A stretch of 38,931 bases of DNA from Malacoraja senta. Taxonomy: Eukaryota. Below the pieces are notes generated by a model. That model was not told the DNA's origin and searched no databases. It worked only from the letters and a program-made list of their open reading frames with translations. Positions 1 through 10,663 of the stretch are shown one piece after another (position 1 is the stretch's first letter; every line of letters begins with the position of its first letter). The position numbers and the translations under genes are program-made. The stretch is from positions 1 to 38,931 of the forward strand of contig JAXLNO010000218.1 in NCBI GenBank assembly GCA_038087875.1. Direction: 5' to 3'.

Positions 1-547
1 CAGGTGCAGCAGGCAGTGAAGAAAGCGAATGGTATGTTAGCATTCATAGCAAAAGGATTTGAGTATAGGAGCAGGGAGGTTCTACTGCAGTTGTACAGGG
101 TCTTGGTGAGACCACACCTGGAGTATTGCGTACAGTTTTTGGTCTCCAAATCTGAGGAAAGACATTCTTGCCATAGAGGGAGTACAGAGAAGGTTCACCA
201 GATTGATTCCTGGGATGTCAGGACTTTCATATGAAGAAAGACTGGATAGACTCGGCTTGTACTCGCTAGAATTTAGAAGATTGAGGGGGGATCTTATAGA
301 AACTTACAAAATTCTTAAGGGGTTGGACAGGCTAGATGCAGGAAGATTGAGGCCAGTTCATTGGCTATATTTAAGAGGGAGTTAGATGTGGCCCTTGTGG
401 CTAAAGGGATCAGGGGGTATGGAGAGAAAGCAGGTACAGGATGCTGAGTTGGATGATCAGCCATGATCATATTGAATGGCGGTGCAGGCTCGAAGGGCCG
501 AATGGCCTACTCCTGCACCTATTTTCTATGTTTCTATGTTTCTATGT
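1..547 (+). mobile_element. CR1-clade LINE 3' fragment (young subfamily), internally deleted
   Basis: ORFs encode the CR1 RT C-terminus (LVRPHLEYCVQF; LYSLEFRRLRGDLIETYKIL). The 3' UTR ends in a (TTTCTATG)n tail. Near-identical to 28545-29223 except for a ~139-bp deletion at ~350 and one extra T at ~140. Confidence 0.93.
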
Positions 548-829
548 ACTCTTGTATCAGTGATACAAGCTGAGTGAACTCAGGTGGGCAACCTTGCCTA
601 CAAGGATGAAACCTACTGCCGTGTTGAGGCTCATGTTGATGCACTGACTATTTAACTAGAAGTTTGTTTTGAAGTGATTCTGCTTTGTAACATTGTCGCT
701 GATGTAACTGCCGTGTCGGTGGCTTCAGTGTGATGTTGACTTTCTCTCTGTGCTGCTTTGCTGTGACAGCTTATCTTCTGCAATGAACCCACATTACTGG
801 AGTAGCTTTGACCAACCTGCTGGGTTTTA

Positions 830-1330
830 TGTGCGACCATGTGCCCTTTTATCAGAGAGTTCAACCATTTTACTGTTTGCCATGGAGTGTGGAGGATGGA
901 TGGATGTTGTTATCTCTGGGCCCCTCTCACCCCCATGCTGCAGTTCCCACCACAACCTCACCACTGCTCCGTGACTGGGACCTGTTGCTGAGTGAGTACC
1001 TTGCTTTGGACAAACCTCTTGGGCTTTGCTCCAAGCCATCGCCATGGACATAGCAATTCTACACACAGTATCAAGTGTGAGTTCCTGCTTGTTTAATAAT
1101 ATCAATTGGCCTCGCTCAAGGATTAAACCACTAACAAACTTGTTGAAGGCCACGCGGTCTAGAAAGACATCGAGCATTGCAGTGCAGAGACAGATCCTTC
1201 GACAAGTAAATGGATTCACCGGCAGTCTCGCCTGGCTTCTGATTCCTAGTTCCAACTTTGTAGCATTTAGAGCTGGTTGCAACACTGAACAAAACACTTT
1301 TGTTTTTGTGGTGACTGAACTTTAGGTTTC
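830..1330 (-). pseudogene. Degenerate Ty3/Gypsy gag-like fragment
   Basis: Two minus-strand frames join into ...YKVGTRNQKPGETAGE..LSKDLSLHCN / FLDRVAFNKFVSGL..RGQLILLNKQELTLDTVCRIAMSMAMA. This matches the Gypsy gag pattern RNQxxGE...LRDRFVxGL...LLxxxxLTLxxAxxIAxSME. A decayed knuckle-like KGH follows. Confidence 0.65.
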
Positions 1331-1342
1331 TCAACCCAGTTC

Positions 1343-1445
1343 AGACAAAATGCTGGAGAAACTCAGCGGGACAGGCAGCATCTATGGAGCGAAGGAAATA
1401 GGTGACGTTTCGCGTTGAGACCCTTCTTCAGACTGATGTGGGGGG
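1343..1445 (-). mobile_element. Penelope-like element (PLE) pLTR fragment with hammerhead motif
   Basis: Reverse complement reads CAGT-CTGAAGA-AGGGTCTCAACGC-GAAAC-GTC-ACC...CCGCTGAGTTTCTCCAGCATTTTGTC. The same repeat follows the GIY-YIG ORF at 30770-30868. Confidence 0.85.
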
Positions 1446-1580
1446 AGTGGTCTATTAGGAGCATGGTTTTCTTGTGTTCCCACTCCACACCCAATCTGCA
1501 CGCGCTTCCTCTTCCCTGAGAGAGCATAGAACTAGAACAAGAAGATTCTCTAGCCAAGGTGCGTACTCACAAGTTCACGT

Positions 1581-1650
1581 TATAATAATAATAATAATTC
1601 ATTTTATTTACTGCCGCCTTTCTAAAACCCAAGGACACCTTACAAGGCAT
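1581..1650 (-). mobile_element. L2-type LINE/SINE 3' tail
   Basis: Reverse complement GTAAGGTGTCCTTGGGTTTTAGAAAAGGCGG...AATAAAATG then (ATT)n, a typical L2 3' stem-loop plus microsatellite tail. Confidence 0.6.
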
Positions 1651-1823
1651 AGAATCACAAAATACAAAACACATAATCGGAATAAATTAAATATAAAAAC
1701 ACCACAGTACACAAATCAAGGACAGAATTCAATTTCAAAAGCACAAAAAAGAAAATAAGAAACACAATTTGAGGAGAGAGCAGCGGCGACCAATTCGCGC
1801 CAGCGTCCACTCTCCCCTCCGTT

Positions 1824-2181
1824 ATAGGAGTAGCATTAGGCCATTCGGCCCATCGAGTTCACTCCACCATTCAATCACGGCTGATCTATCTCTCCTAATC
1901 CCATTTTCCTGCCTTCTCCCCATAACCCCTGACACCCGCACTGATCAAGAATTTGTCTATCTCTGCCTTAAAAATATCCACTGACTTGGCCTCCACAAGT
2001 CCCACAGATTATCTAACCTCTGACCAAAGAAATTCCTCCTCACCTCCTTTCTGAAAGAGTGTCCTTTAATTCTGAGGCTATGAAACCTCTGGTCCTAGAC
2101 TCTCCCACCAGTGGAAACATCCTCTCCACATCCACTCTATCCAGGCCTTTCATTGTTCGGTAAGTTTCAACCAGGTTCCCT
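1824..2181 (-). mobile_element. CR1 LINE 3' fragment
   Basis: Homologous to 2990-3400. Reverse complement encodes GLDRVDVERMFPLVGESRTRG followed by the CR1 3' UTR hairpin GGGCCGAATGGCC. Confidence 0.85.
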
Positions 2182-2694
2182 CTGCGAGGAGCTCCTGTGT
2201 AGTGTTTGGGCAGCATTCTCTCCCATGTTCACATGTGCCAAGGCTCACTCAGGTTAGCTGCTGCTGTGGTCACCAACACTTACCCTGGCCCTGTTCCCAC
2301 ATACAGTGCCAGTGCCTCGCTCTGGGCCTGTCCTCACCAATCCTGTGCTGCTCAGCAGCCATTTCTGCATTTGCTGTCAGAAGATGGCCTGCAAGGTTTT
2401 TGTGGCCACTCATAATGTTCCCCACTCATGGTAACTTTAGGAGAACACTAGACACCAAGTCAGCAAACACAGAGCCCATGAGGAACTCACATCTCGCACT
2501 GGCTCGGAGCCACTTTGGGCACATGAATGCATCAGCCAGTTCATGCATGGGGAGGTCTAAAGACTTAATGGGGATGTTTTGTCTCCCACCGCCCATTGTC
2601 TTGTTTCTCCTCGTCCTCTTGGCAAATCCTTTCTGCTGTTGCATTATTTATGGAGAGGATTCGTAAAAGTTTGTCTCACTTTCATAAATTCTTA

Positions 2695-2987
2695 TTCCAG
2701 AGGACATAGGATTAAGGTGAAGGGGAAAAGATTTAATAGGAATCTGAGGGGTATCTTTTTCACACAAAGGGTGGTGGGTGTATGGAACAAGCTGCCAGAG
2801 GAGGTAGTTGAGGCTGGGACTATCCCATCGTTTAAGAAACAGTTAGACAGGTACATGGATAGGACAGGTTTAGAGGGATACGGACCAAACGCGGGCAGGT
2901 GGGACTAGTGTAGCTGGGACATGTTGGCTGGTGTGGGCAAGTTGGGCCGAAGGGCCTGTTTCCACACTGTATCACTCTATGACTATG
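2695..2987 (+). mobile_element. CR1 LINE 3' end
   Basis: RGHRIKVKGKRFNRNLRGIFFTQRVVGVWNKLP...GRWD*, then a 3' UTR with GGGCCGAAGGGCC and a CTATGA tail. Confidence 0.9.
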
Positions 2988-3605
2988 TCACAGGAACAGA
3001 AGAAAGACATTCGGCCCATCAAGTCTACTCCGCCATTCAATCATGACTGATCTATCTTTCCCTCTCAACCCCATTCTCCTGCCTTCTTCCCATAACCCGT
3101 GACACTCTTAAGAATCAAGAATCTGTTAATCTCCGCTTAAAAAATACCCAATGACCTGGCTTCCACAGCCGTCTGTGGCAATGAATTCCAAAGATTCACC
3201 ATCGTCTGGCTAAAGAAATTCCTCCTCATCTTCATTCTAAAGGTACATCCTTTTATTCTGAGGCTGTGCCCTCTGGTCCTAGACTCTCCCACTAGTGGAA
3301 ACATCCTCTCCACATCCACTCTATCCAGGCCTTTCACTATTCGGTAAGTTTCAATGAGGTCCCCCCCTCATCCTTCTAAACTCCAGCGAGTACAGGCCCA
3401 GTGTCGTCAAACCCTCATCATATGTTAACCTACTCATTCCTGGGATCATTCTTGTAAACCTCCTCTGGACCCTCTCCAGAGCCAGCACATCCTTCCTCAG
3501 ATAAGGGGCCCAGACCTGCTCAGAATATTCCCAATGTGGTCTGACGTGCCTTATAAAACCTCAGCATTTCCTCCTTGGTCTTATATTCTCTCAAAATAAA
3601 TGCCA
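2988..3605 (-). mobile_element. CR1 LINE 3' fragment, interrupted by L1 (continues 6702-6795)
   Basis: ORF 3137-3337 MKGLDRVDVERMFPLVGESRTRGH...WNSLP. CR1 sequence resumes after the L1 tail at 6702. Confidence 0.88.
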
Positions 3606-6253
3606 CAAACTTCTAGCACGACAACTTAAAAAACGGGAAAAAAGAGAATGCAATATTAAAGATTAAATCAGATAGAGGGGAAGTATTAACACTACCCAAG
3701 GATATTAATAAAAGATTTGCTCAATTTTACCAGAATCTATACACATCTAAAACGTCAATAGACAATAATAAAATCTCAGAATTTTTAGATAATTGTAATC
3801 TACCACAATTAGAACGCAGGGAACAAGAGGAACTGGGAGCACAAATTACTTCTAAGGAGATAGAAGACACAATAAAAACACTAAAAAATGGAAAAACACC
3901 AGGACCAGACGGATTCAGTAATGAATTTTATAAATCTTTTTATGATATAGTTACTCCACGATTACAAAAAATGTATACATATGCTTATAAAGAGCAAAAC
4001 CTACCTGAAACACTAGCGGAATCAACGATCATATTAATACTTAAAAAAGATAAAAATATAGAAGAACCAGGATCATATAGAGCTATTGCTTTGTTAAATA
4101 CGGATCAGAAAATAATAGCAAAAACATTAGCCAATAGATTAAGCAAGTATGTTAGTAGACTAATACATGAGGATCAAACAGGATTTATACCTAAGAGACA
4201 CTCATTTAATAATTTGAGACGTTTGCTTAACATAATGCATTCACATAAATCTTATGACCAAGAGTTAGCTATCATCTCACTGGACGCAGAAAAAGCGTTT
4301 GATCAAGTAGAATGGGACTATATGATCAAAGTATTGCAAAAATTCCAATTGGAGAAAACTTTATTGCATGGATAAAACTACTATATAACAAACCTACGGC
4401 TAGAATACTAACTAATAATATATTATCTTCAAAATTCGAATTATCTAGGGGCAACAGACAAGGATGTTCACTATCACCGCTGTTATTTGCTTTGGTAATT
4501 GAACCCCTTGCTGAAAAAATAAGAACACACTCGAATATTCACGGTTATAACACAAAATATTCAAACAACAAACTATCCCTATATGCTGATGATGTACTAC
4601 TGTACATCACAAAACCACAAATTAGTATACCAAATATATTAAACTTAATTGAGGACTTTGGATCCTTTTCAGGATATAGAATAAATTGGAACAAAAGTGA
4701 AATTATGTCGATTAAACCAAAAGACTCAACACATCTCAGGAAATTCCCTTTTAAAATAGCTATGGAAAAATTCAAATATTTAGGAATTGAGATCACTAGA
4801 AATTACCATGATATGTTTAAAGCTAATTATAATCCCCTACTTAAGAAATTAAATAATTTGATTAAATTTTGGAAAACACTTCCGATGTCCTTAATAGGTA
4901 GGATAAATGCTATAAAAATGATTTTCTTACCACAAATCCTTTACCTATTTCAATCAATACCTATATATCTCCCAAAAAAGTTTTTCAAAAAACTGGACTC
5001 AGACATTACAAATTTTATATGGGATTACAAATCCCACAGAATACAAAGAACACACCTTAACAAACTAAAAGAGTTGGGGGGGTCTAGCGCTCCCTAACTT
5101 TATGTATTATAACTGGGCAGTAAATATTAAAAATATGATTCACCTGCTGGACAATTCTGCCCAGCAGGTGGACTGGATTATAATGGAAAAAGGGGATTGC
5201 TCCCCGAATAATATAGGAGCGATTATTCTCTCTCCAATAAATTTGAATAATAAAAATTATAATAAAAATCCAATTATATATAGCACTATTAGAACATGGA
5301 AGCAAATAAAACAGAATCTAAAATTAAGAAACCTATCTCTCTTAATACCAATAGTCAATAACCCATCGTTTAAACCTTCAATCATAGATAAAGCATTTAT
5401 ACAATGGGAAAGAATGGGAATCAAAACGCTCGAAGATCTGTATGAATTAGAAAAATTACTATCATTTCAACAACTACAACTGAAATATAATTTGAAAAAT
5501 AATCAATATTTTAAATATCTACAAATCTGTGACTATTTGAAAACACACACAAAAGATTATTATAATATGCCTTCCGACTTACTAGATGAAGCAATGAAGA
5601 CAAAGGCGGAATCAGTTAATTTAATATCATACTTATATAATATCATCTTAAACATAGAAATACCCACAACAGATGGAATTAGAAGAGACTGGGAACAAGA
5701 TCTAGGTATAAAAAATTTCAAAAGAGAGTTGGGATAATCATTTATTACAGGTGCATAAATGCTCGATCAACGTACGACATACGCTTATCCAATTTAAAAC
5801 ATTACATAGATTATATTATTCAAAAACCAAACTAAATAAAATCTTTCCTAACGTCTCACCAATCTGTGATAAATGTATATGTCAAGAAGCTACCATAGCA
5901 CATTCTTTTGTTTTTGTACAAAAATCCAAAAATTCTGGTTTGAAATATTTGATATTTTTTCAAAATTAATCAAAATAAAACTGGTACCAAAACCAGAATG
6001 GATTATTTTTGGAATATCGGAAGGTATTCCTGAATTAAACGTGTATCAGAAGAATTTACTCAATTATGGGCTAATAATGGGAAAAAAGCTTATACTTAAA
6101 TTCTGGAAAAATGCGCCCACACCAACAATAAAAATGTGGACATCAAATATGTTGGAAACATTACATCTGGAAGAGATGAGATTCCTCCTAGTAGGCAAAG
6201 TAGACCAATTTCAAAAGACGTGGTCTACGTTTTTGGACCTATTACAAGCATGA
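3606..6253 (+). pseudogene. L1 ORF2 (linker, RT, C-terminal Cys-rich domain), frameshifted
   Basis: Motifs GKTPGPDGF, YRAIALLNTDQK, DQTGFI, SLDAEKAFD, GNRQGCSLSPLLF, LYADD, KYLGI and CDKC..QEATIAH..C. Five +/-1 frameshifts; no in-frame stops seen. Confidence 0.93.
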
Positions 6254-6664
6254 GGTGCAATAGTAATTTAGAAAAACAAATAAATAAATAAAAGGTATCT
6301 GGACCTGGTAATGGGAGGTAAAACAAAAACAGACTTGGTTGGTAGTTCCTTCTCTATGAAGTATGTTATAAGAGTTATAATAGAGCGATTGTTCCTTCTT
6401 TCTTTCTCTTTCTTTTCTAGGGTCTATTTTCTAACTTTACTTCCTTCTCTAACTTCTTTTCTAAGGGGCTTTCTTTTCCCAACACTCTTTTGCACTTCAC
6501 AACCTTTGCGCACTTTCTTCACTTTTCTTACTTCTTTCTTTTTCTTTCTTAAAGTTTAAAAAAGTGAAGCGGTACAAAAAATGTATTAATATATACGTGT
6601 TGTACATTACTGTAATCTACCGTACTTCTATTAAAAAAATTATTTAAAAAAAAAAAAAAAAAAA

Positions 6665-6701
<37 letters not shown>
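3606..6701 (+). mobile_element. 5'-truncated fish-type L1 LINE with TSD
   Basis: AT-rich ORF2, T-rich 3' UTR and a poly(A)+(AAAT)n tail. 12-bp TSD AAATAAATGCCA at 3594-3605 and 6702-6713. Confidence 0.95.
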
Positions 6702-6707
<6 letters not shown>

Positions 6708-6709
6708 AT
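6646..6709 (+). repeat. poly(A) plus (TAAA)n microsatellite (L1 tail)
   Basis: A-run followed by about 11 TAAA units. Confidence 0.95.
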
Positions 6710-6806
6710 GCCAACAATCAGTATGCCTTCCTTACTACCGATTCAACTTGCAAATTAGCCTTTTGGAAATCCTGCACCAGCACTCCCAAATCCCTACATA
6801 TTTCTT

Positions 6807-6945
6807 GGGGTTATGGGGAGAAGGCAGGAGAATGGGGTTAGGAGGGAGAGATAGATCAGCCGTGATTCAATCATTGATTGAATGGCGGAGTAGACTTGAT
6901 GGGCCGAATGGCCTAATTCTGCTCCTATCACTTCTGACCTTATGA
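6807..6945 (+). mobile_element. CR1 3' UTR fragment
   Basis: GGGGTTATGGGGAGAAGGCAGG...GATGGGCCGAATGGCCTAATTCTGCTCCT. Confidence 0.8.
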
Positions 6946-7086
6946 CCTAATGATATCACAAACACAGCGCCAGTTACTTTCTTACCTGAATGGACCAGCC
7001 AATGCCGGCTTAGTTCACATCCGTGCACAGATAAAGTAAAACAGCACAACGTAGGTTAAAAACCATCCTAACAACTTTACAACTGA

Positions 7087-7275
7087 AGACACAAGGGACT
7101 GCAGATGCTGGTTTACAAAAGAAGACACAAAGTGCTGGAGTAACTCAGCGGGTCAGGCAGCATCTCTGGAGAGAAGTAATGGGTGACATTTCGGGTCGAG
7201 ACCCTTCATCAGACTGAGATGCTGTCCTCCAGAGATGCTGCTTGACCCGCTAACTTACTCCGGCATTTTGTGTCT
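7087..7275. mobile_element. Inverted PLE pLTR unit (antisense pLTR plus short sense 3' piece)
   Basis: 7119-7170 is an imperfect inverted repeat of 7228-7275. Possible imperfect TSD TA(C/T)AACTGA at 7078 and 7281. Confidence 0.8.
7182..7216 (-). ncRNA. Minimal type I hammerhead ribozyme motif (PLE pLTR)
   Basis: Reverse complement CAGT-CTGATGA-A-GGGTC-TC-GACCC-GAAA-TGTC-ACC: canonical CUGAUGA core, 5-bp stem II and GAAA. The stem III palindrome is CpG-decayed. Confidence 0.65.
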
Positions 7276-7824
7276 GATTCTATAACTGAGTTTACACCAA
7301 GTTCCTGGATTTGGTCGGCAAGTCTGGATTGGCGTCTGGATATAGTGCACCAAATTGGGGCAAAAACTCCAAAGTGTTGGCAGGAGCAGTTTAAGGGGGA
7401 TGGTCCAAGGCTTGTAGTCATGCAGCTGCAGGCAGTTGTGGCGTTATGCATCAGCAAATTGTGAGTCTACATAAGAAATATATCTCATTAGGGGCTGGCA
7501 CATGTCTTAACTTCAGTCAGAACATATTAAAAAGAAGCTTACAAGCTCCCGTGATGTTCCTCAGGCTCAGTCAGATGATTATGACAGAAGTATTACGCAA
7601 TGGAATTCAGACATTTCCCCTACTGCTTACCAACAACTCAGACAGTTTTTAAATGTATTGACTTGAAGCTGTTAAATTTTATTCCTACCTTTGCGATTGA
7701 GCTCAAGTGGAAATGTACGGACTTCAGATGCAGTTCGGACTCCTGCCACCTGCAGAGGTTTTTGGATGACTCTGCAATTGTGGGCTGCATCAATGAGGGG
7801 AAGGAAGCTGAATACTATACTATA

Positions 7825-8007
7825 CTATATTTAAGAGGGAGTTAGATGTGGCCCTTGTGGCTAAAAGGATCAGGGGGTATGGAGAGAAGGCAGGTATGGG
7901 ATACTGAGTAGGATGATCAGCCATGATCATATTGAATGGCGGTGCAGGCTCGAAGGGCCGAATGGCCTACTCCTGCACCTATTTTCTATGTATCTATGTA
8001 TCTATGT
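7825..8007 (+). mobile_element. Short CR1 3' tail insertion
   Basis: CTATATTTAAGAGGGAG...CCTATTTTCTATGTATCTATG; same subfamily as 1-547. Confidence 0.9.
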
Positions 8008-8020
8008 ACAGAGGTGTCAT

Positions 8021-9690
8021 CAGGGCTGGATTTACGTATAAGCTTCACAAGCTTAAGCCTAGGGCCTCGAGATCTAGGGGGGCCTCGGCAGGGCCGGATT
8101 TACCACTAGGCTTCATAGGCTGAAGCCTAGGGCCTCAAAATCTAGGGGGCCTCCGGCCAAGGTGTTTTTTTCCCAGAATAAAAAAATCCCGAGAAAAAAA
8201 AATTGGAGCGCTATCAGCGTTTCCACTTTAACAAAAATTACCCGAAATTCTGGATCCGGCCCACTGGATGTTTTGGGGGGAAAATTGCGACAATCCGTGC
8301 GTGCGCAGTTGGGGGAAGCCGGTGACGCAGCAGCGACTCAAAATTACGCTGTCTCTCCTGCCTCGTGTCTACTCCAGGTAAGTAGTGGAATATTGCGTTG
8401 TGGGAGTGCTCGCTTCTCCGGGACGGGGGAGTGGGGGGCTGCGGTGTCTGCGGCACGGAGTCGGAGCCTCGCTACGTGGGAGGGAGAGAGAGGGGGAGGG
8501 AGGGAGAGAGAGAGATGGGGGGATGTGAGAGGGGGAAAGGGGGGTTGAGAACAAAGGGGGCGAGGGAGGGGAGAGGGAGAGGGGGAGGGGGAGGGGGAGA
8601 GAGGGGAAGGGGGAGGGGGGGAGGGGGAGAGAGAGGGGGGAAGGGAGGAGGGGGAGAGAGAGAGATGGGGAGGGAGGTGGAGGGAGGGGGAAGGAGGAGG
8701 GGGGAGAGGGAAAGGGGGATTATCTTTAGTGAGATTGCAAAATTAAGGTAGGTATTAGAGCAATTATATTTTCTCCTCCATATGAATAATATCAAACAAT
8801 TGGAACTGCTTTCTTTTCCTTGATAACAATACTGAAAAATATGAATTCCATAGTTTGCGACTTATTTAGCATCACATTTTTAATGTGCACACACTAACAC
8901 AGTCGAACAGTAACAGGCAATCAAATCAACACACAAAACATTTTCTAAAAAAAGTTTTTATTTACTGCAAAAACGTACAGTATTTTATTTGCAGTGTTTG
9001 CATGCTCCTTTATAACATTTTACATAACATTTTACAGTACAACTTGACTATTAAAATAAGGACAGCTTCAATTCTTGATTTAAAAAAATGTATACAATAA
9101 TGACCCCAATCATCCCATTCCAACCACTCATTACTCTTAACTCAACTAAAATTATTTCTGAAATATTGGTCATAAATGTGGTGCAAAAATGCTCCAAAAT
9201 AAGGCTCAGAATGCACCAGAGAGCATTTAAAACCCCAGAGCTTCTAGGGCGCTTAAGTGGGGACTTTGAGCTTCGAGCTTGTGATATGCGCTGCGTGCAC
9301 TTATTTCACATACATTTTTTGTAATACTGCCATGCCACCCCCCTTTTTGAAAAGCTGCGTACGGGCCTGGTGTATAATATTTTTGACACTGTCATAGGCC
9401 TTTCTTACATATGCTGTCACAACGCACTGTAGTCTCTAAACAACACTTCAGTAATTTTCCTTGCCCTCCATTTCAGAATAATAGTGTTTTAAGCCGATAA
9501 CTCGACACTAGCACTGGCAATAAATAAAAAGCGCAGCTTTCCAGCCCTTATCTCATTGGCCACGCTCGGCTGCACATCGGTGTCAATCTGGTGGACTCTT
9601 CCATCTTCCTCTCGTCGTGGGGGTGGGGGATTGGGAGGGGCCTCACAAGTGGAATAGCCTAGGGCCTCTCTTCATCTAAATCCGGCCCTG
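8021..9690. mobile_element. Non-autonomous hAT DNA transposon (composite)
   Basis: TIRs CAGGGCTGGATTTA (8021) and TAAATCCGGCCCTG (ending 9690). 8-bp TSD GGTGTCAT/GGTGTCGT at 8013-8020 and 9691-9698. A second left end starts at 8089. Confidence 0.9.
8475..8720 (+). repeat. Purine-rich (GGGA/GAG)n low-complexity tract, G4/triplex-prone
   Basis: About 245 bp of almost only G and A, with many G3-G6 runs. Confidence 0.9.
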
Positions 9691-10189
9691 GGTGTCGTCA
9701 ACGACTTCGTTGAGTGGTGAGGGCTGAATCTCCTGCAGTTCAATGCCGACAAGACTAAGGAGTTAATGGTGGACTTTAGGAGGAGAGGAACAATCCTGTC
9801 CCCTGTCTCCATCAAGGCTGTGGATGTTCAGTTTACCAAGGACCAGCAGGGCCGTATTTACGAATAAGCTAGACAAGCTTAAGCTTAGGGCCTCGAGATC
9901 TAGGGGGGCCTCGGCCCGCTCAACCAAGGTGTATAAAACTTTTGACATATTTGTATTTTCTGAGCCTTGTCCTTTCAACAGTCAGGAGTGTTGGAGTTGG
10001 TGCGCGGCTGCAAGTTTAACAATGTCAGAACCAGCTACGACTGTGCCCGACCTGCCTGCTTCAGGGGATAAGAGATAAGGCTCCGGGCGGGGTAAAGGGT
10101 GGGTGGGAACGAGCAGCCCACCCGCTACGGTAGGCGGAATGGTCCTTTCTATAGTTAACCCTGCTCACAGTCTCTGACGGGGCCGGTTT

Positions 10190-10663
10190 CCCACCCACCG
10201 GGACCTCCCGCTGACCCTCGCCACTCCACCACCCTCCAGCAGCCCGCAGCCGGGACTCAGCACCGGGCCTGAAGCCTCCACGCTGCAAATTCCAACTCCC
10301 CTGAGTTTGACTGCGCTGGGTCCTAATGCTAGTCACCCCAACCCTGGTAACCTCAGTGGCTGTTCCACTGGGTCTTCCCCATTCCCCTCAAACCATGTGA
10401 CCCCAGCTCTACCCCACCCACACTACAGTCTACCCCCTACCCCCATCACCCCCCCCCCCCCACTAGACATCGCCTCGGCCTCAGTCCTCTCACCTGCCTT
10501 CCTCCGGCCCCAACCCCCATCCCGGCCGTGTGTTCACCATCCCCCCTGACCTCCCCCTCTCAGATACCGAACGGTCTGTCCGCAGCAGAGGCCACACCTT
10601 TGTCCCCCTCCGTCCCCACCTCAATGAGTTCCGCGCCCACCGCGATTTGGAGCTCTTCTTCCG
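10190..10663 (+). mobile_element. PLE ORF N-terminal fragment inside the hAT
   Basis: Pro-rich region, then VFTIPPDLPLSDTERSVRSRGHTFVPLRPHLNEFRAHRDLELFFR, matching the PLE pre-RT motif LSxxExxVLxxGLxFxP. The left boundary is uncertain. Confidence 0.7.

Larger units (their letters stand above)
7712..9846 (+). mobile_element. Rex1/Babar LINE RT fragment split by a CR1 tail (7825-8007) and a hAT (8021-9690)
   Basis: TDFRCSSDSCHLQRFLDDSAIVGCINEGKEAEY | RGV | VNDFVEW*GLNLLQFNADKTKELMVDFRR reads contiguously once the inserts are removed. Confidence 0.82.

Noticed and set aside
2182..2690. ORFs 2202-2666 and 2426-2644
   Set aside because: No motif or splice support; left unassigned.
8398..8795. 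Gly/Arg-rich and Pro-rich ORFs
   Set aside because: Translation artefacts of the purine-rich low-complexity tract.
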